Virus record (IMG/VR): IMGVR_UViG_3300009548_000008
Coordinates: 1 to 53,352 of that record
Length of the DNA: 53,352 nucleotides
Strand: one strand, 5' to 3'
DNA from: a virus
Lineage: Duplodnaviria; Caudoviricetes
Within the stretch, counting starts at the first letter, position 1. Each line of letters begins with the position of its first letter. A program made the position numbers and the translations under genes. This document shows, one piece after another, positions 18,691 through 28,403 of this stretch. Under the pieces are notes generated by a model. The model searched no databases and was not told where the DNA came from. It saw only the letters and a list, made by a program, of their open reading frames with translations.

Positions 18691-18968
18691 TGGCAAACAC
18701 CCACATCTGCCGGTGCCAAGCGGGTTTTGTCGCCAAAGCCCGGCGCCGGTTCTCATTCCCGGCGGGGATGCTGCCCGGCTGGAAACTCAGCGATACCGTG
18801 ATCTTCCAGGAATGCACTGCGCCGGCACCATCCGCGATCGGGTCGATCGTTGGCGGCCAGCAGATGATCCCGAATGGCGTGCAGGGTGCATACCGGATTG
18901 TGTCATCAAGCCCCAAGGCCCCGGACGGTACCGCAACGCCAACGCTGACGGTGGAACGGATTTCATAA
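18690..18968 (+). CDS. Hypothetical protein
   Basis: GGAGGT RBS. Confidence 0.55.
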   Translation: MANTHICRCQAGFVAKARRRFSFPAGMLPGWKLSDTVIFQECTAPAPSAIGSIVGGQQMIPNGVQGAYRIVSSSPKAPDGTATPTLTVERIS

Positions 18969-18984
18969 TCTTTTTTTCATCGAA

Positions 18985-18996
18985 TTTAAGATTTAT
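18985..18996 (+). promoter_or_regulatory. TTTAAGATTTAT promoter-like motif, copy 1 (after a T-tract)
   Basis: Identical 12-mer at 21820-21831 in the same T-tract plus motif context. Confidence 0.5.
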
Positions 18997-19041
18997 TTTC
19001 TTCTGCGTCTCTTGTATCCCTATCAAAAGGTGTACACCCTT

Positions 19042-19404
19042 ATGACGCTTCGTTATGCTATTGTAGATTTTAAAAATCAGTCGTTGAGCAACGCCTCGAA
19101 CGGCCTGATCGCTACTGTCTTGGGAGCCGCATTCAACCCGTTAAGCCAACTGGGACTCGCACCCAGTAAGAGCAACCGGATCTATGTGACCGTCAAGGGC
19201 TCGGTAGCGTTTGCGCCCCAGTACAAGCGAAACACCGACCAGTATTACCCGCTGGGGTACGCTGCCACGAACCCCCCCTCAGTCCTGCCGCTGCAGCCGT
19301 TCACCTTCGAGGCCGTTGTTACCGCGAACGATACCGCCTTTGACGTGTTCCCCGGCACCACGGGAACGTACAGCTTGACGGTGGAGATCGATGCCGACTC
19401 GTAA
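19042..19404 (+). CDS. Small beta-rich hypothetical protein, possibly a virion protein
   Basis: AGGTG RBS; beta-strand-like alternation. Confidence 0.6.
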   Translation: MTLRYAIVDFKNQSLSNASNGLIATVLGAAFNPLSQLGLAPSKSNRIYVTVKGSVAFAPQYKRNTDQYYPLGYAATNPPSVLPLQPFTFEAVVTANDTAFDVFPGTTGTYSLTVEIDADS

Positions 19405-19419
19405 GGACCGGTGATCTCC

Positions 19420-21801
19420 ATGCAGTCTCTTGGTGACCGGCTGGTGATCCGGCCATGGAGGAAGTGGCAACTTGCAGCCATGGTATTGTTGATAATACTA
19501 ATCCTGTTTACCGGGTCAGTAAGTGCGATTGTACCATCCTATTATCTCGGTCAATATTCCCCATACCTCGTATCGGCAATGAATTTTAATAGTTCCACCC
19601 TCACAGTGGACGATACCGGATATACTACATGGACTAATAGCGGGGGGGTAGAGAATACAACAACCCCAAAATTCGGAGCCGGTGCTGCGTACTTTGGAAC
19701 AGGCCGCACAAATTATATTTATGGCAATGCAAACTCAAATCTCGCATTTGGAACAAACCCATTCACTATAGACTTCTGGTATAACACATCTGCGCCGGCT
19801 ACGCCACAAACCATTTACGATTGGAGGGCAGCATCGGGGAGTGGTGCATACTCAACCATTTACATATCAGCAGGTTCTGTATTGTGTTACTATGTTAATT
19901 CGGCATTCAAAATTGTTGGCGGGACGACTGTAACTGCAAATGTGTGGCATGAAATCATCGTTGAAAGAAGCGGTACTACAACTACAATGTATTTGGATGG
20001 GGTTTCGCAAGGCTCATGGACTGATTCTACAAGTTATCTCGTGGGAGCAAGTGCCCCGGTTTTGGGGAATGGGGCTGCTCGTGGAACTATATGTATAATC
20101 GGATCAATTGATTCGGCATTTGTATGGAATGGTGTAGCCATTCCTATCACTCAATTGTACCCGCAGACACAGGAAATTGGGGTTGCGGCATTACCTGTTA
20201 CCATTACTGCGAATACTACATCCGGTGCTATCCCCCTCGCTGTCCAATTTACTGATACAAGCGGCTGGCCAAATCCCGGTAATGCCGGATTGACGAGTTA
20301 TTCATATTCTATCAATAATAATACTCAGGTTTTTATTAATGGAACAAATTTTGCGAACGAGAATATTACCTATACATTCCCGGTCGCAGGAACCTATCAG
20401 GTAAATCTCACTCTGACAAATAACGCCCTGTTATCGAATACGAGCGCGAATACTACGATCACGGTATCTGGTGTACTACCCGTAGCAGCGTTTACTATGA
20501 ATACAACAGCCGGGTATTCACCTCTTGCCGTGAGTTTCACGGATACCTCGAATCCCGTCGGGACCGCGTGGCAATGGGGATTCAACAACGTCACCGGCAA
20601 CAACACATGGACGAATTTTGCCACGGCAGAAAACCCGGTCTGGACGTTCGGTATCGGCAACTATTCAGTAAACCTGACGGCAACCAATTCCGGTGGGTCC
20701 AGTAAATTCACGAATACGACGTTCATAAACGTGACAGCTGTTCCACCCGTAGCAGCGTTTACTATGAATACAACAGCCGGGTATTCACCCCTTGCCGTGA
20801 GTTTCACGGATACCTCGAATCCCGTCGGGACCGCGTGGCAATGGGGATTTAACAACGTCACCGGCAACAACACGTGGACGAATTTTGCCACGACGGAGAA
20901 CCCGGTCTGGACGTTCGGGATCGGCAATTATTCAGTAAACCTGACGGCAACCAATTCCGGTGGGTCCAGCAAATTCACGAATACGACGTTCATAAACGTG
21001 ACAGCTGTTCCACCCGTTGCATCGTTCACGGTTTCTCCAATATCTGGTATTCCCCCGCTTGGAATTTCGTTGAATGATACTTCTACAAATACTCCAACAT
21101 CATGGTCATGGGGCGCGAAAAACGTCACCGGGAATAATACATGGATACCTATCGGAAATAGATTACAGAATGATGTGGCGATGCTCGGCTCCGGGAACTG
21201 GTCGATTAATCTCACTGCTGCAAATTCCGGCGGGTCAAATATCTCGACACAGATCTCATTTGTCAATGTCTCAGGAATTGTACCGTTGCCAATCGGGAAC
21301 TTCACCGAGAATGGATTATATACCCAGACTTCTGGCAATGCACCATTCCCCGTGCAGTTCAATTATGTGCAATCTAATGGGACAACTTCGTGGTTCTGGA
21401 TGTTTGGCGATGGCAGCACCTCAACCGATCAGAATCCACTGCATACCTATACCGTGGCAGGGATCTATACCGTGAATCACTCGGTAACCAACTCATTCGG
21501 GACCGGATGGACGAACCGGACCGGGGCAGTAATGGCGATCATGGTATCAATGTTCACCCCATGGCCGGGGCCGGTTACCCGGTGGTACCCGGCTGGTGTC
21601 TATTTCCAGGACCAGAGTGCCGGTTCACCGACGAGCGTAAACTGGTCCTTCGGTGACGGCACGATCGCAAACCTGACGACTGCGATCTATCACCAGTTCC
21701 CCCACTCGGCAGCGTCGCAGGTATATACCATCACAGAAACGGCCTGCACCGCGTCAGCGTGTTCGACCAATTCCTCGATCGTACAAATCCATCCCACCTA
21801 A
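19420..21801 (+). CDS. Secreted LamG/ConA-like plus multi-PKD-domain adhesin (signal peptide, no C-terminal anchor)
   Basis: Basic and hydrophobic N-terminus ending VSA; FTIDFW...WHEIIVERSGTTTTMYLDG (LamG); WMFGDG...NPLHTYTVAGIYTV (PKD); about 38 NxS/T sequons by hand count. Confidence 0.85.
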   Translation: MQSLGDRLVIRPWRKWQLAAMVLLIILILFTGSVSAIVPSYYLGQYSPYLVSAMNFNSSTLTVDDTGYTTWTNSGGVENTTTPKFGAGAAYFGTGRTNYIYGNANSNLAFGTNPFTIDFWYNTSAPATPQTIYDWRAASGSGAYSTIYISAGSVLCYYVNSAFKIVGGTTVTANVWHEIIVERSGTTTTMYLDGVSQGSWTDSTSYLVGASAPVLGNGAARGTICIIGSIDSAFVWNGVAIPITQLYPQTQEIGVAALPVTITANTTSGAIPLAVQFTDTSGWPNPGNAGLTSYSYSINNNTQVFINGTNFANENITYTFPVAGTYQVNLTLTNNALLSNTSANTTITVSGVLPVAAFTMNTTAGYSPLAVSFTDTSNPVGTAWQWGFNNVTGNNTWTNFATAENPVWTFGIGNYSVNLTATNSGGSSKFTNTTFINVTAVPPVAAFTMNTTAGYSPLAVSFTDTSNPVGTAWQWGFNNVTGNNTWTNFATTENPVWTFGIGNYSVNLTATNSGGSSKFTNTTFINVTAVPPVASFTVSPISGIPPLGISLNDTSTNTPTSWSWGAKNVTGNNTWIPIGNRLQNDVAMLGSGNWSINLTAANSGGSNISTQISFVNVSGIVPLPIGNFTENGLYTQTSGNAPFPVQFNYVQSNGTTSWFWMFGDGSTSTDQNPLHTYTVAGIYTVNHSVTNSFGTGWTNRTGAVMAIMVSMFTPWPGPVTRWYPAGVYFQDQSAGSPTSVNWSFGDGTIANLTTAIYHQFPHSAASQVYTITETACTASACSTNSSIVQIHPT
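20478..21017 (+). repeat. 267-bp tandem duplication of one PKD domain (2 copies)
   Basis: Copies start at 20478 and 20745; about 9 mismatches, only one amino-acid change (A/T). Confidence 0.95.
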
Positions 21802-21819
21802 CCTCATCTTTTTCCAAAT

Positions 21820-21831
21820 TTTAAGATTTAT
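21820..21831 (+). promoter_or_regulatory. TTTAAGATTTAT promoter-like motif, copy 2, upstream of the head operon
   Basis: About 28 nt before ATG 21859, which has no RBS (leaderless). Confidence 0.55.
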
Positions 21832-21858
21832 CTCATTTCGCACATCATCATAATCCTG

Positions 21859-23610
21859 ATGCCGGAATTCCCCCTTTTAGGCAGTCTCAACAATTACACC
21901 ATCCTCTCAGCGAGCGGCTCGAAACTCATTATTGACGGGCCATTCTTCACCTGTGATGAGCTCAACAAAAATGGGTGGGGCATCCCCGAGAGCGAGGCAC
22001 AGGGATTTGCCGCGACCTTCACGGGCCTGCCGATACGGTGGTGCCCGATGGGTAAGACCGTGCTCGATCCGGATTCTGGCGACATTGTCGCTGCCGAACA
22101 TTTCTGCGATCTCATCAACTCGCAGAAAACCATCGTGGGGAAGATGCTCGATGTCTACCCCAACGGCCGGAACGACAAGGGCAACCTCGTCTACTGGCAG
22201 AAAGGCGAGATCACAGACCCGGCTACCATAGCAGGGATCATGGCCGGCAAGATCCCCACGAATGTCAGCATGTGGGCTTACGGCTCTGAAATGCTGGACG
22301 ACGGGATGGTCCGGGGCGCGAGAGGGATGAGCGAATCGATCGTGACCGAACCCGCGTATCAGGAAGCCAGTTTCAACTACCAGATCGTCGCGGCATCACT
22401 CAGGAAGAAAGGAGGTCATATGGGCGCAACAGGCGCGTATGTTCCGAACAACCCGAAAGATTACGGGAAATCCACGGGATCGTGGGATGCACCCGGTCTC
22501 AAGGATTTTACCTCCAAAAGTTGGGATGATCTGACGGAACAGGAGAAGAACGGGATCCGTTCTTGCTTCGCCGCAGTGACCGATGACACGTTTGGAGGCT
22601 GTAAGTTACCCCACCACAACCCGAACGGCACCGTCGTTAAGGCCAGTGTGGATAACGCGATGGCACGACTTGGTCAGACCCAAGGATTGGGCGCGATCAA
22701 GAGCGACGTGGAGGCACATCTGCGCAGCCATCAGGTAAACGATTTCAAAGAGGAAAAAGGAGCCACTATGGAACCTGAAAAACTCACTACACAGCAGGTC
22801 GGCCTCGACGGAAAACCCGTCGTCGGCGCTGCTGTTACACCCGGTGTCACGATCAATATCGGGGCATCGGCCGAAGGCGCCAGTAAGAAAGGCGCTGATG
22901 CACAGGATGGCGACGGCAACAACGCGGTCTGCGCAAAGTGCGGGACTGCACTCCCGAGAGGAGCTGATTTCTGCCCGAAGTGCGGTGCGGCCCTGCATGC
23001 AAAGTGCGGAGCCTGCGGTACTGCCGTCCCCGTTGGAGCAAAATTCTGTCCCGCATGTGGAGCATCCATGTCACCCCAGAACCCCGCGACCGGCACGACC
23101 GGCGACAACACCGCACAGGCCGCCGCCACGTTACAGGCGGCCGTTGCGGACGCTATGGCGAAAGCCAAAGACGAGGACAACCGCCGGGCTCTTGCAGCCT
23201 CTATCGCAGAGGTACAACTGCAGACCGGCGTGATCACCGAGGCCGACGCGCCCAAGAAGATCGAGACGCTCAAGATTCTCTCGGCATCCATTCTGGAAAC
23301 CCAGCTGGCCGAGGTCAAACTCATGGCCGCCAAGATCGCTGCTGGGAACGAGCAGGGACTCACCAGCGGATCCCTCCCGGGCCCCATGGTCAAGGTCGGC
23401 GCCGGCGGACTTCTCCCGAAGTTCCAGCACGGACTTCCGCCCGAGCACATCATCAAGGCCGTATTCCAGCGGCTCGGTGCTCAGGTCGACAGCAAGTTCC
23501 AGCAAATGGACTGGGACAAGGTCTTCAAGTACGGCAATATGAAAAACTTCCCCGGAAGCGCCAACTGGAAGGGCACGTATCACCAGGACCGGGAACTCCT
23601 GCCGGTATGA
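21859..23610 (+). CDS. Prohead protease/scaffold fusion with an inserted KLPHH domain and double zinc ribbon
   Basis: N-terminal NKNGW..EH..VG..NVSM..SIVTEPAY protease-like domain; four CxxC pairs; helical C-terminus; position before capsid genes. Confidence 0.75.
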   Translation: MPEFPLLGSLNNYTILSASGSKLIIDGPFFTCDELNKNGWGIPESEAQGFAATFTGLPIRWCPMGKTVLDPDSGDIVAAEHFCDLINSQKTIVGKMLDVYPNGRNDKGNLVYWQKGEITDPATIAGIMAGKIPTNVSMWAYGSEMLDDGMVRGARGMSESIVTEPAYQEASFNYQIVAASLRKKGGHMGATGAYVPNNPKDYGKSTGSWDAPGLKDFTSKSWDDLTEQEKNGIRSCFAAVTDDTFGGCKLPHHNPNGTVVKASVDNAMARLGQTQGLGAIKSDVEAHLRSHQVNDFKEEKGATMEPEKLTTQQVGLDGKPVVGAAVTPGVTINIGASAEGASKKGADAQDGDGNNAVCAKCGTALPRGADFCPKCGAALHAKCGACGTAVPVGAKFCPACGASMSPQNPATGTTGDNTAQAAATLQAAVADAMAKAKDEDNRRALAASIAEVQLQTGVITEADAPKKIETLKILSASILETQLAEVKLMAAKIAAGNEQGLTSGSLPGPMVKVGAGGLLPKFQHGLPPEHIIKAVFQRLGAQVDSKFQQMDWDKVFKYGNMKNFPGSANWKGTYHQDRELLPV

Positions 23611-23621
23611 GGTGAAAAGAA

Positions 23622-24707
23622 ATGTCACTCACAGCATCAGTTAACGTCCCCTTCAAGGCATCGGACGCAGTTGAATACGTCCCGGTTTCGGGCACGGCCA
23701 TCTACACGGGCGCCCTTGTGGAACTCACCGCGGCCGGGCTCCTCCAGCCGTGGACCAACGGGGCCACCAACTCCTTCGCGGGAGTTGCCCTTGAGGGCAC
23801 TATCGTCCCGCTGGCAGAGAACAGCCAGGGCGGCGTCGCACCCTTCACCGGCATCATGTCGCCCAACAAGCGCGGGATCAATGTTGGCCGGAGCGGCAGA
23901 CTCTATCGGTTCCCGTTCTCCGGGGCGGCCGTTACGAACCTCGGAAACCCCATCTATGCCACGGACGACCACACGATCACCATCACACCCCAGACCCAGC
24001 GGATCGGCACCTGTGTCGATTACGAGTCCGGGTATCTCTGGGTGGATTTCAGCGGCTTTGCGATTCCCCCCGTGACGCCCTCGTCATTCCCAGTTGACCT
24101 GTCGGCCGCAACCGGCACAGGAGTCTCTCTCGCAGAGAAGGTCGGTTCCACAGGCACGCCGGTTGCTATCAGCACGGCAAACCAGCAGGGGATCTCGGAA
24201 TACTACACCACGGCGCTCACCACGGGTACCACGTATGGCCACTACATCATGCTCACCTCGATCGGTGTGGGTGTTGAGGCCATCGCAGCCCGGTCCCGGA
24301 CCTACCTCTCGACCGCCGCTGCAGCCAACGCACACGGTTATCACGCAACCCTCGAGCTCGATACCTCTGCCGGCAATGTTACCGGTCTTGGTACGGGTCT
24401 CCACGGCAATGTCGTGATCCCCAACCGGGCCGTCGCGGCCGGTACGTATTTCGGCGTCTATGCCGAACTCTACGCCAACGGCAACACCGCTGCACTTCCC
24501 GCAGGTTCCAACGCATGTCTTGGCATCAACTCCCAGCCAGGAACGGCCATGGACCTTGTTGCCAACGCGATCTCCTTTACGGGGACCGATGCAACCGGAG
24601 CCATGATCTACTCCGCTGGTGAGGCAGCCCCCGCGATCGTGGGTTCGATCAGGATCCTCGTGAATGGCGCGATCAGATACCTGTACTACGGGAGTGCGCA
24701 GGCCTGA
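23622..24707 (+). CDS. Capsid decoration/cement protein with long beta-rich C-terminal extension (head-fibre-like)
   Basis: YVPV....IYTGALV...FAGVALE...GNPIYATDDHTIT...RIG N-terminal domain typical of cement proteins adjacent to Mu-type capsids. Confidence 0.65.
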   Translation: MSLTASVNVPFKASDAVEYVPVSGTAIYTGALVELTAAGLLQPWTNGATNSFAGVALEGTIVPLAENSQGGVAPFTGIMSPNKRGINVGRSGRLYRFPFSGAAVTNLGNPIYATDDHTITITPQTQRIGTCVDYESGYLWVDFSGFAIPPVTPSSFPVDLSAATGTGVSLAEKVGSTGTPVAISTANQQGISEYYTTALTTGTTYGHYIMLTSIGVGVEAIAARSRTYLSTAAAANAHGYHATLELDTSAGNVTGLGTGLHGNVVIPNRAVAAGTYFGVYAELYANGNTAALPAGSNACLGINSQPGTAMDLVANAISFTGTDATGAMIYSAGEAAPAIVGSIRILVNGAIRYLYYGSAQA

Positions 24708-24717
24708 GGTGTGAACC

Positions 24718-25086
24718 ATGCGGAAAATTTCACTCATCCCCTACAAGATCGCCGAAGGCCCCATGCAGAGAATCCCGCAGCCTGACGGAACCATCAAGGA
24801 GGTCAAACTGCCGGATATGATGTTCGACATGAAGCGATCTATCGGCAACGTCCTATTCATTCCAGAACTCAATCTGGATATCCGGGCAGCCATCGAGCAC
24901 GACAGGATCGCCCGGAAGGTTGAAGCCGCGGGTGACGAGGTGGTTCTTGAGGAGGCCGAATACGCCAAGATCAAGACCGCCATGGATCTCTTCAAGGGTT
25001 ATGGCCGGAAGGATCTTGAGTTCATCCACCGCATAAGGGATGCGCCTGAAATTGATGCAAACACACCCGACACAGGAGGTAAGTAA
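24718..25086 (+). CDS. Hypothetical protein, possible fibre chaperone
   Basis: GAGGTG RBS; helical; follows the fibre-like gene. Confidence 0.6.
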   Translation: MRKISLIPYKIAEGPMQRIPQPDGTIKEVKLPDMMFDMKRSIGNVLFIPELNLDIRAAIEHDRIARKVEAAGDEVVLEEAEYAKIKTAMDLFKGYGRKDLEFIHRIRDAPEIDANTPDTGGK

Positions 25087-25088
25087 TC

Positions 25089-26105
25089 ATGCCAACCGAT
25101 CTTTCAACACTCTATCCTGAATTTACAAACCTGATCATCCAGACGTACTTCTTCTGGTTGTACGATATCTGGGTGCAGCCCGACTGGGCTAAGGTCACGC
25201 AGATCGTCCCGTCCACCAAGGACGCCGAGTTCTACCCGACCCTCACGCAGGTACCCCGCATGAGTCTGTGGGAAGGCCGCAGGCGGTTCGAGCGGGCCGG
25301 CGCCAAGCAGTCCTACATGGTCATGAACGCCATGTACGATGCCGGTATCTCGTTCCCCCGCACGGTCTTCGCGGACGACCAGTACGGGATCCTCATGAAG
25401 AAGATCTCGGACCTTGCGGTTGAGGGGAAGCGTATGCCCATGGAGCTCGCGTACAACATCATCAACAACGGCGCGATCTCCTCGACCACCAACGCCAATT
25501 ACGCCGTTGGTATCGACGGCCTGCCGCTCTTCTCACAGAGCCACCCGGGTGCAGTCGATAACGCTTCTCTCGCGCAGACGCAGAGCAACTATGTCGGCAC
25601 CGGGAATACCAATCCCCTGACAATCAACAACCTCAATACCGCGATTGCCGCGATGAAGAACTTCATCGACAATCAGGGAAGGCCCCTGTGGATCGTGCCC
25701 GATACGCTCATTGTGCCGCCCATCCAGGGAATGCTTGCCCGGCAGATCCTGCACTCGACATGGCTGATGTCTGTCGGTCCGGGTGGATCCAGCGGTACGC
25801 CCACCACCGCTACCACAAACATCCCGACCTTCAACGTGTTCAACGTTGACGCTGGCGGAGATCTCAAGACCATCATCGAGACCCCGTACATATCGGATGT
25901 GAACGCGTGGTATCTGGCCTGCACGACCCGCGTGGCAAAACCCGTCCTGTTACAGGAGAGGATGCCGCCCGAGCTCACCGTCAAGATGGACCCGAACACG
26001 TCCGATCTGGTCTTCCAGACCAACGACATCTACTGTTCCATCATGGCCCGGTGGGGCGCAGCGCCCGGTGACTGGCACACAATCTATCAGGGCAACGCCA
26101 CGTAG
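25089..26105 (+). CDS. Major capsid protein, Mu gpT-like (HK97 fold)
   Basis: VPST...E.YP.L..VPRM..WEG, DDQYG, DGLPLFSQSHP, AMKNF.D.QGRPL.I.PDTLIVPP, AWYL, KPVLLQER. Confidence 0.9.
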   Translation: MPTDLSTLYPEFTNLIIQTYFFWLYDIWVQPDWAKVTQIVPSTKDAEFYPTLTQVPRMSLWEGRRRFERAGAKQSYMVMNAMYDAGISFPRTVFADDQYGILMKKISDLAVEGKRMPMELAYNIINNGAISSTTNANYAVGIDGLPLFSQSHPGAVDNASLAQTQSNYVGTGNTNPLTINNLNTAIAAMKNFIDNQGRPLWIVPDTLIVPPIQGMLARQILHSTWLMSVGPGGSSGTPTTATTNIPTFNVFNVDAGGDLKTIIETPYISDVNAWYLACTTRVAKPVLLQERMPPELTVKMDPNTSDLVFQTNDIYCSIMARWGAAPGDWHTIYQGNAT

Positions 26106-26140
26106 GACCATCTCCACTCCCTTTTTTTGGAGGTACTACG

Positions 26141-26590
26141 GTGACAAGTCTAGTCTGGTCGAATCCCAAGCTGGCACAGCAACAGACCAAGGGATACGCC
26201 TACGATATCCCTCTGATTACCTCGTGGGCTTCTTTTATCGAAACGACGATTCAGAACGAACTTGCCATGAATGGCCTCAATCCGACGCCGCCGCTTCCGG
26301 GCGACACCAACTACGGTGTCAATGAAACCGGGAGCGGTGTGCTGCTCGAAGTCGCCCAGATGTGGCTCTGCCGGGATATCCGTAACCAGCAGAAATTTGA
26401 CGGAACGTATCCGGATTCGCTGGCAGAGGGTACGCAGAAAGAGGCGGTATCGATCAACGATTCGATCGAACGATTCGACAAAAAGGGCCGTGACGCCCTC
26501 GATAAGTACATCCGGGCCAACACCGGAGCGGAACTCGACTCAGCCGACCAATATGCGGGGATGATGTTCCTCGCAGGAGAAGATCTTTGA
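26141..26590 (+). CDS. Head-tail adaptor (putative)
   Basis: First gene after the major capsid gene; GGAGGT RBS; size. Confidence 0.55.
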   Translation: MTSLVWSNPKLAQQQTKGYAYDIPLITSWASFIETTIQNELAMNGLNPTPPLPGDTNYGVNETGSGVLLEVAQMWLCRDIRNQQKFDGTYPDSLAEGTQKEAVSINDSIERFDKKGRDALDKYIRANTGAELDSADQYAGMMFLAGEDL

Positions 26591-27027
26591 TGGCAGCAGA
26601 GAGCGGCATTGATGCCACAACGTACCAGCACGGCAAAGAAATCGCCGGGCTTCAAGCCACGGTTGAACTTCAAGGAAAAACACTTGGCGCGAGTATTGAT
26701 CTTCTCCGCGAAGAAGTCCAGAAAATGCGGGGTGAGATGGCAACCAAAGACGATCTCAAGAATGTTACTCTGACCTGCCCGGAATGCCCCAAAATCTGCG
26801 GCAGCATCTCCCGTATTGAGATTGATCTGTACGGGAAGGACAGCACCGGCAAAGAGACCGGCCGGCCCGGGCTTGTTACACAGGTGGGGGAAAACAGCCG
26901 ATTCATCGCCAACGTGCAAGCTTATTGGGCCGTGATCCTCACGGGCGCTATTGCAGCGGGATTCCTGATTGCCTATGTGCTGCCCCGGGTGTTCCCCTGG
27001 ATCGCCCGAAGTGTCCTTGGAGGGTAA
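26590..27027 (+). CDS. Coiled-coil protein with C-terminal TM helix
   Basis: YWAVILTGAIAAGFLIAYVLP; CPEC motif. Confidence 0.6.
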   Translation: MAAESGIDATTYQHGKEIAGLQATVELQGKTLGASIDLLREEVQKMRGEMATKDDLKNVTLTCPECPKICGSISRIEIDLYGKDSTGKETGRPGLVTQVGENSRFIANVQAYWAVILTGAIAAGFLIAYVLPRVFPWIARSVLGG

Positions 27028-27029
27028 CG

Positions 27030-27377
27030 ATGCCCGGCTTCTACCCACACCGCTGCAACATTCAGGCCCGTGCGCAGATCGGTAGCGATGGGCTCGGACC
27101 CGTGGAGGGATGGGTAGCCCGCCAGAAAAACGTGCCGTGCAAGTTCGAGATGATGAGCGCCGATATGGTCTTGCGGCTCTACGGGGAAGGCGTGATCCGA
27201 GCAGCCCGGCTCTGGCTCCCCCCGGAGGCAACGATCCACGAGAACTCCTATCAGGTCACGACCACGCAGGGCATATTCACGGGCACATGGATCGTCAAAT
27301 CCGTGAAACAGTACACGGTACTCCCTCATTGGGAAGTGGACTTGATCCCCGACATGAGCACTACAGCAGGACAGTAA
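27030..27377 (+). CDS. Head closure (stopper) protein
   Basis: PHRCNIQ....SDGLG....W.....NVPC...W.VKSV...HWEVDL pattern and position. Confidence 0.65.
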   Translation: MPGFYPHRCNIQARAQIGSDGLGPVEGWVARQKNVPCKFEMMSADMVLRLYGEGVIRAARLWLPPEATIHENSYQVTTTQGIFTGTWIVKSVKQYTVLPHWEVDLIPDMSTTAGQ

Positions 27378-27379
27378 CC

Positions 27380-27904
27380 ATGGCAGACGACGACATGACC
27401 CCCGAACAAATGCAGGAAAAGATTATGTCGGTAGGTCAGGCCATGCACCAGGGAGCTTTCCTCGGGCTGCAGCAGGCCTGTCTCGCCCGTCAGTCAACCG
27501 CGATGCGGTACTGCACGCCGGGGTACTCCCCGTATGACGACATGGTATTTCCCACGAAGATCGCTCGGGTCAATGCAGCCACCGGGAAAAGAAGCGTCCG
27601 GCACACCGCAGAAGGCGGAGAGGAGGCCAACTATTCCGGCGCACCGTTTGACACGGGAATCTTGCGAGCCGGGATATATCCCTATGTCGTAGATGGGGGT
27701 ACCGAGATCACCGGAGGAATCGGCTGCGGATCTATCGCGCAGGGCCCCGGGACAATTCCCGGTTATGCCCTGTACGTTCATGAAGGCACCAGTAAGATGT
27801 TCGCCCGGCCGTTCCTACGGGACGCCTGCGAGGACGAGGAAGAGGACACCCGGCAACGGATCGCGATGGCAATCCAGCAGGCCGTTGGGGAGCTGAGTGT
27901 ATGA
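27380..27904 (+). CDS. HK97 gp10-like neck/tail completion protein
   Basis: APFDTGILRAGI, YALYVHEGTSKMFARPFLRDA. Confidence 0.8.
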   Translation: MADDDMTPEQMQEKIMSVGQAMHQGAFLGLQQACLARQSTAMRYCTPGYSPYDDMVFPTKIARVNAATGKRSVRHTAEGGEEANYSGAPFDTGILRAGIYPYVVDGGTEITGGIGCGSIAQGPGTIPGYALYVHEGTSKMFARPFLRDACEDEEEDTRQRIAMAIQQAVGELSV

Positions 27905-28371
27905 CGCCGGTACAATTAGAGGCCCTGCTCGCGTATTTCACCGGTGATATCCAGCTTCAAACCCTGCTCGGAGCTGTTACCGGGGACACCAAGTGGGGAT
28001 ACGCTGTATTGCCCCCGTGTTATCCGTCGGTAACGTTCTGGGACACAGAAACCCAGACGCCCCGGGCAGGGTACGATTCAACCGGGGTTTCCGAGAACGC
28101 CGTTAACCTTGCGATCCACATCTGGACGCACGATGAAGGTGTGGTGATCGGGACGACAAAATACAGTGCGATCTCGTTACAGCGGGCGATTGCTGCCCGG
28201 GTGGGAGTTCTCGCTAAACACATCGAAACCAGCACGGCACTTACCGCAGTGTTCGACAGTCTCAACGTAGTCTCGTTCGACGCCCGACCGCTGCCATTCG
28301 AGGAGGATACGCATGTCCATCACACATTATGTTTACTCAAGTTCACCCACGTCAGTATCGAATCGCTATGA
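27901..28371 (+). CDS. Tail terminator protein
   Basis: YPSVTF...AIHIW pattern; position before the tube gene. Confidence 0.65.
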   Translation: MTPVQLEALLAYFTGDIQLQTLLGAVTGDTKWGYAVLPPCYPSVTFWDTETQTPRAGYDSTGVSENAVNLAIHIWTHDEGVVIGTTKYSAISLQRAIAARVGVLAKHIETSTALTAVFDSLNVVSFDARPLPFEEDTHVHHTLCLLKFTHVSIESL

Positions 28372-28403
28372 GACTAATCCAGAAAACAAGGAGGTAAAAA
28401 ATT

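Noticed and set aside
20478-21017. PKD repeat pair as a diversity-generating retroelement TR/VR pair
   Set aside because: Mismatches are mostly synonymous and not adenine-specific, the copies are tandem and in frame, and no reverse transcriptase is present.
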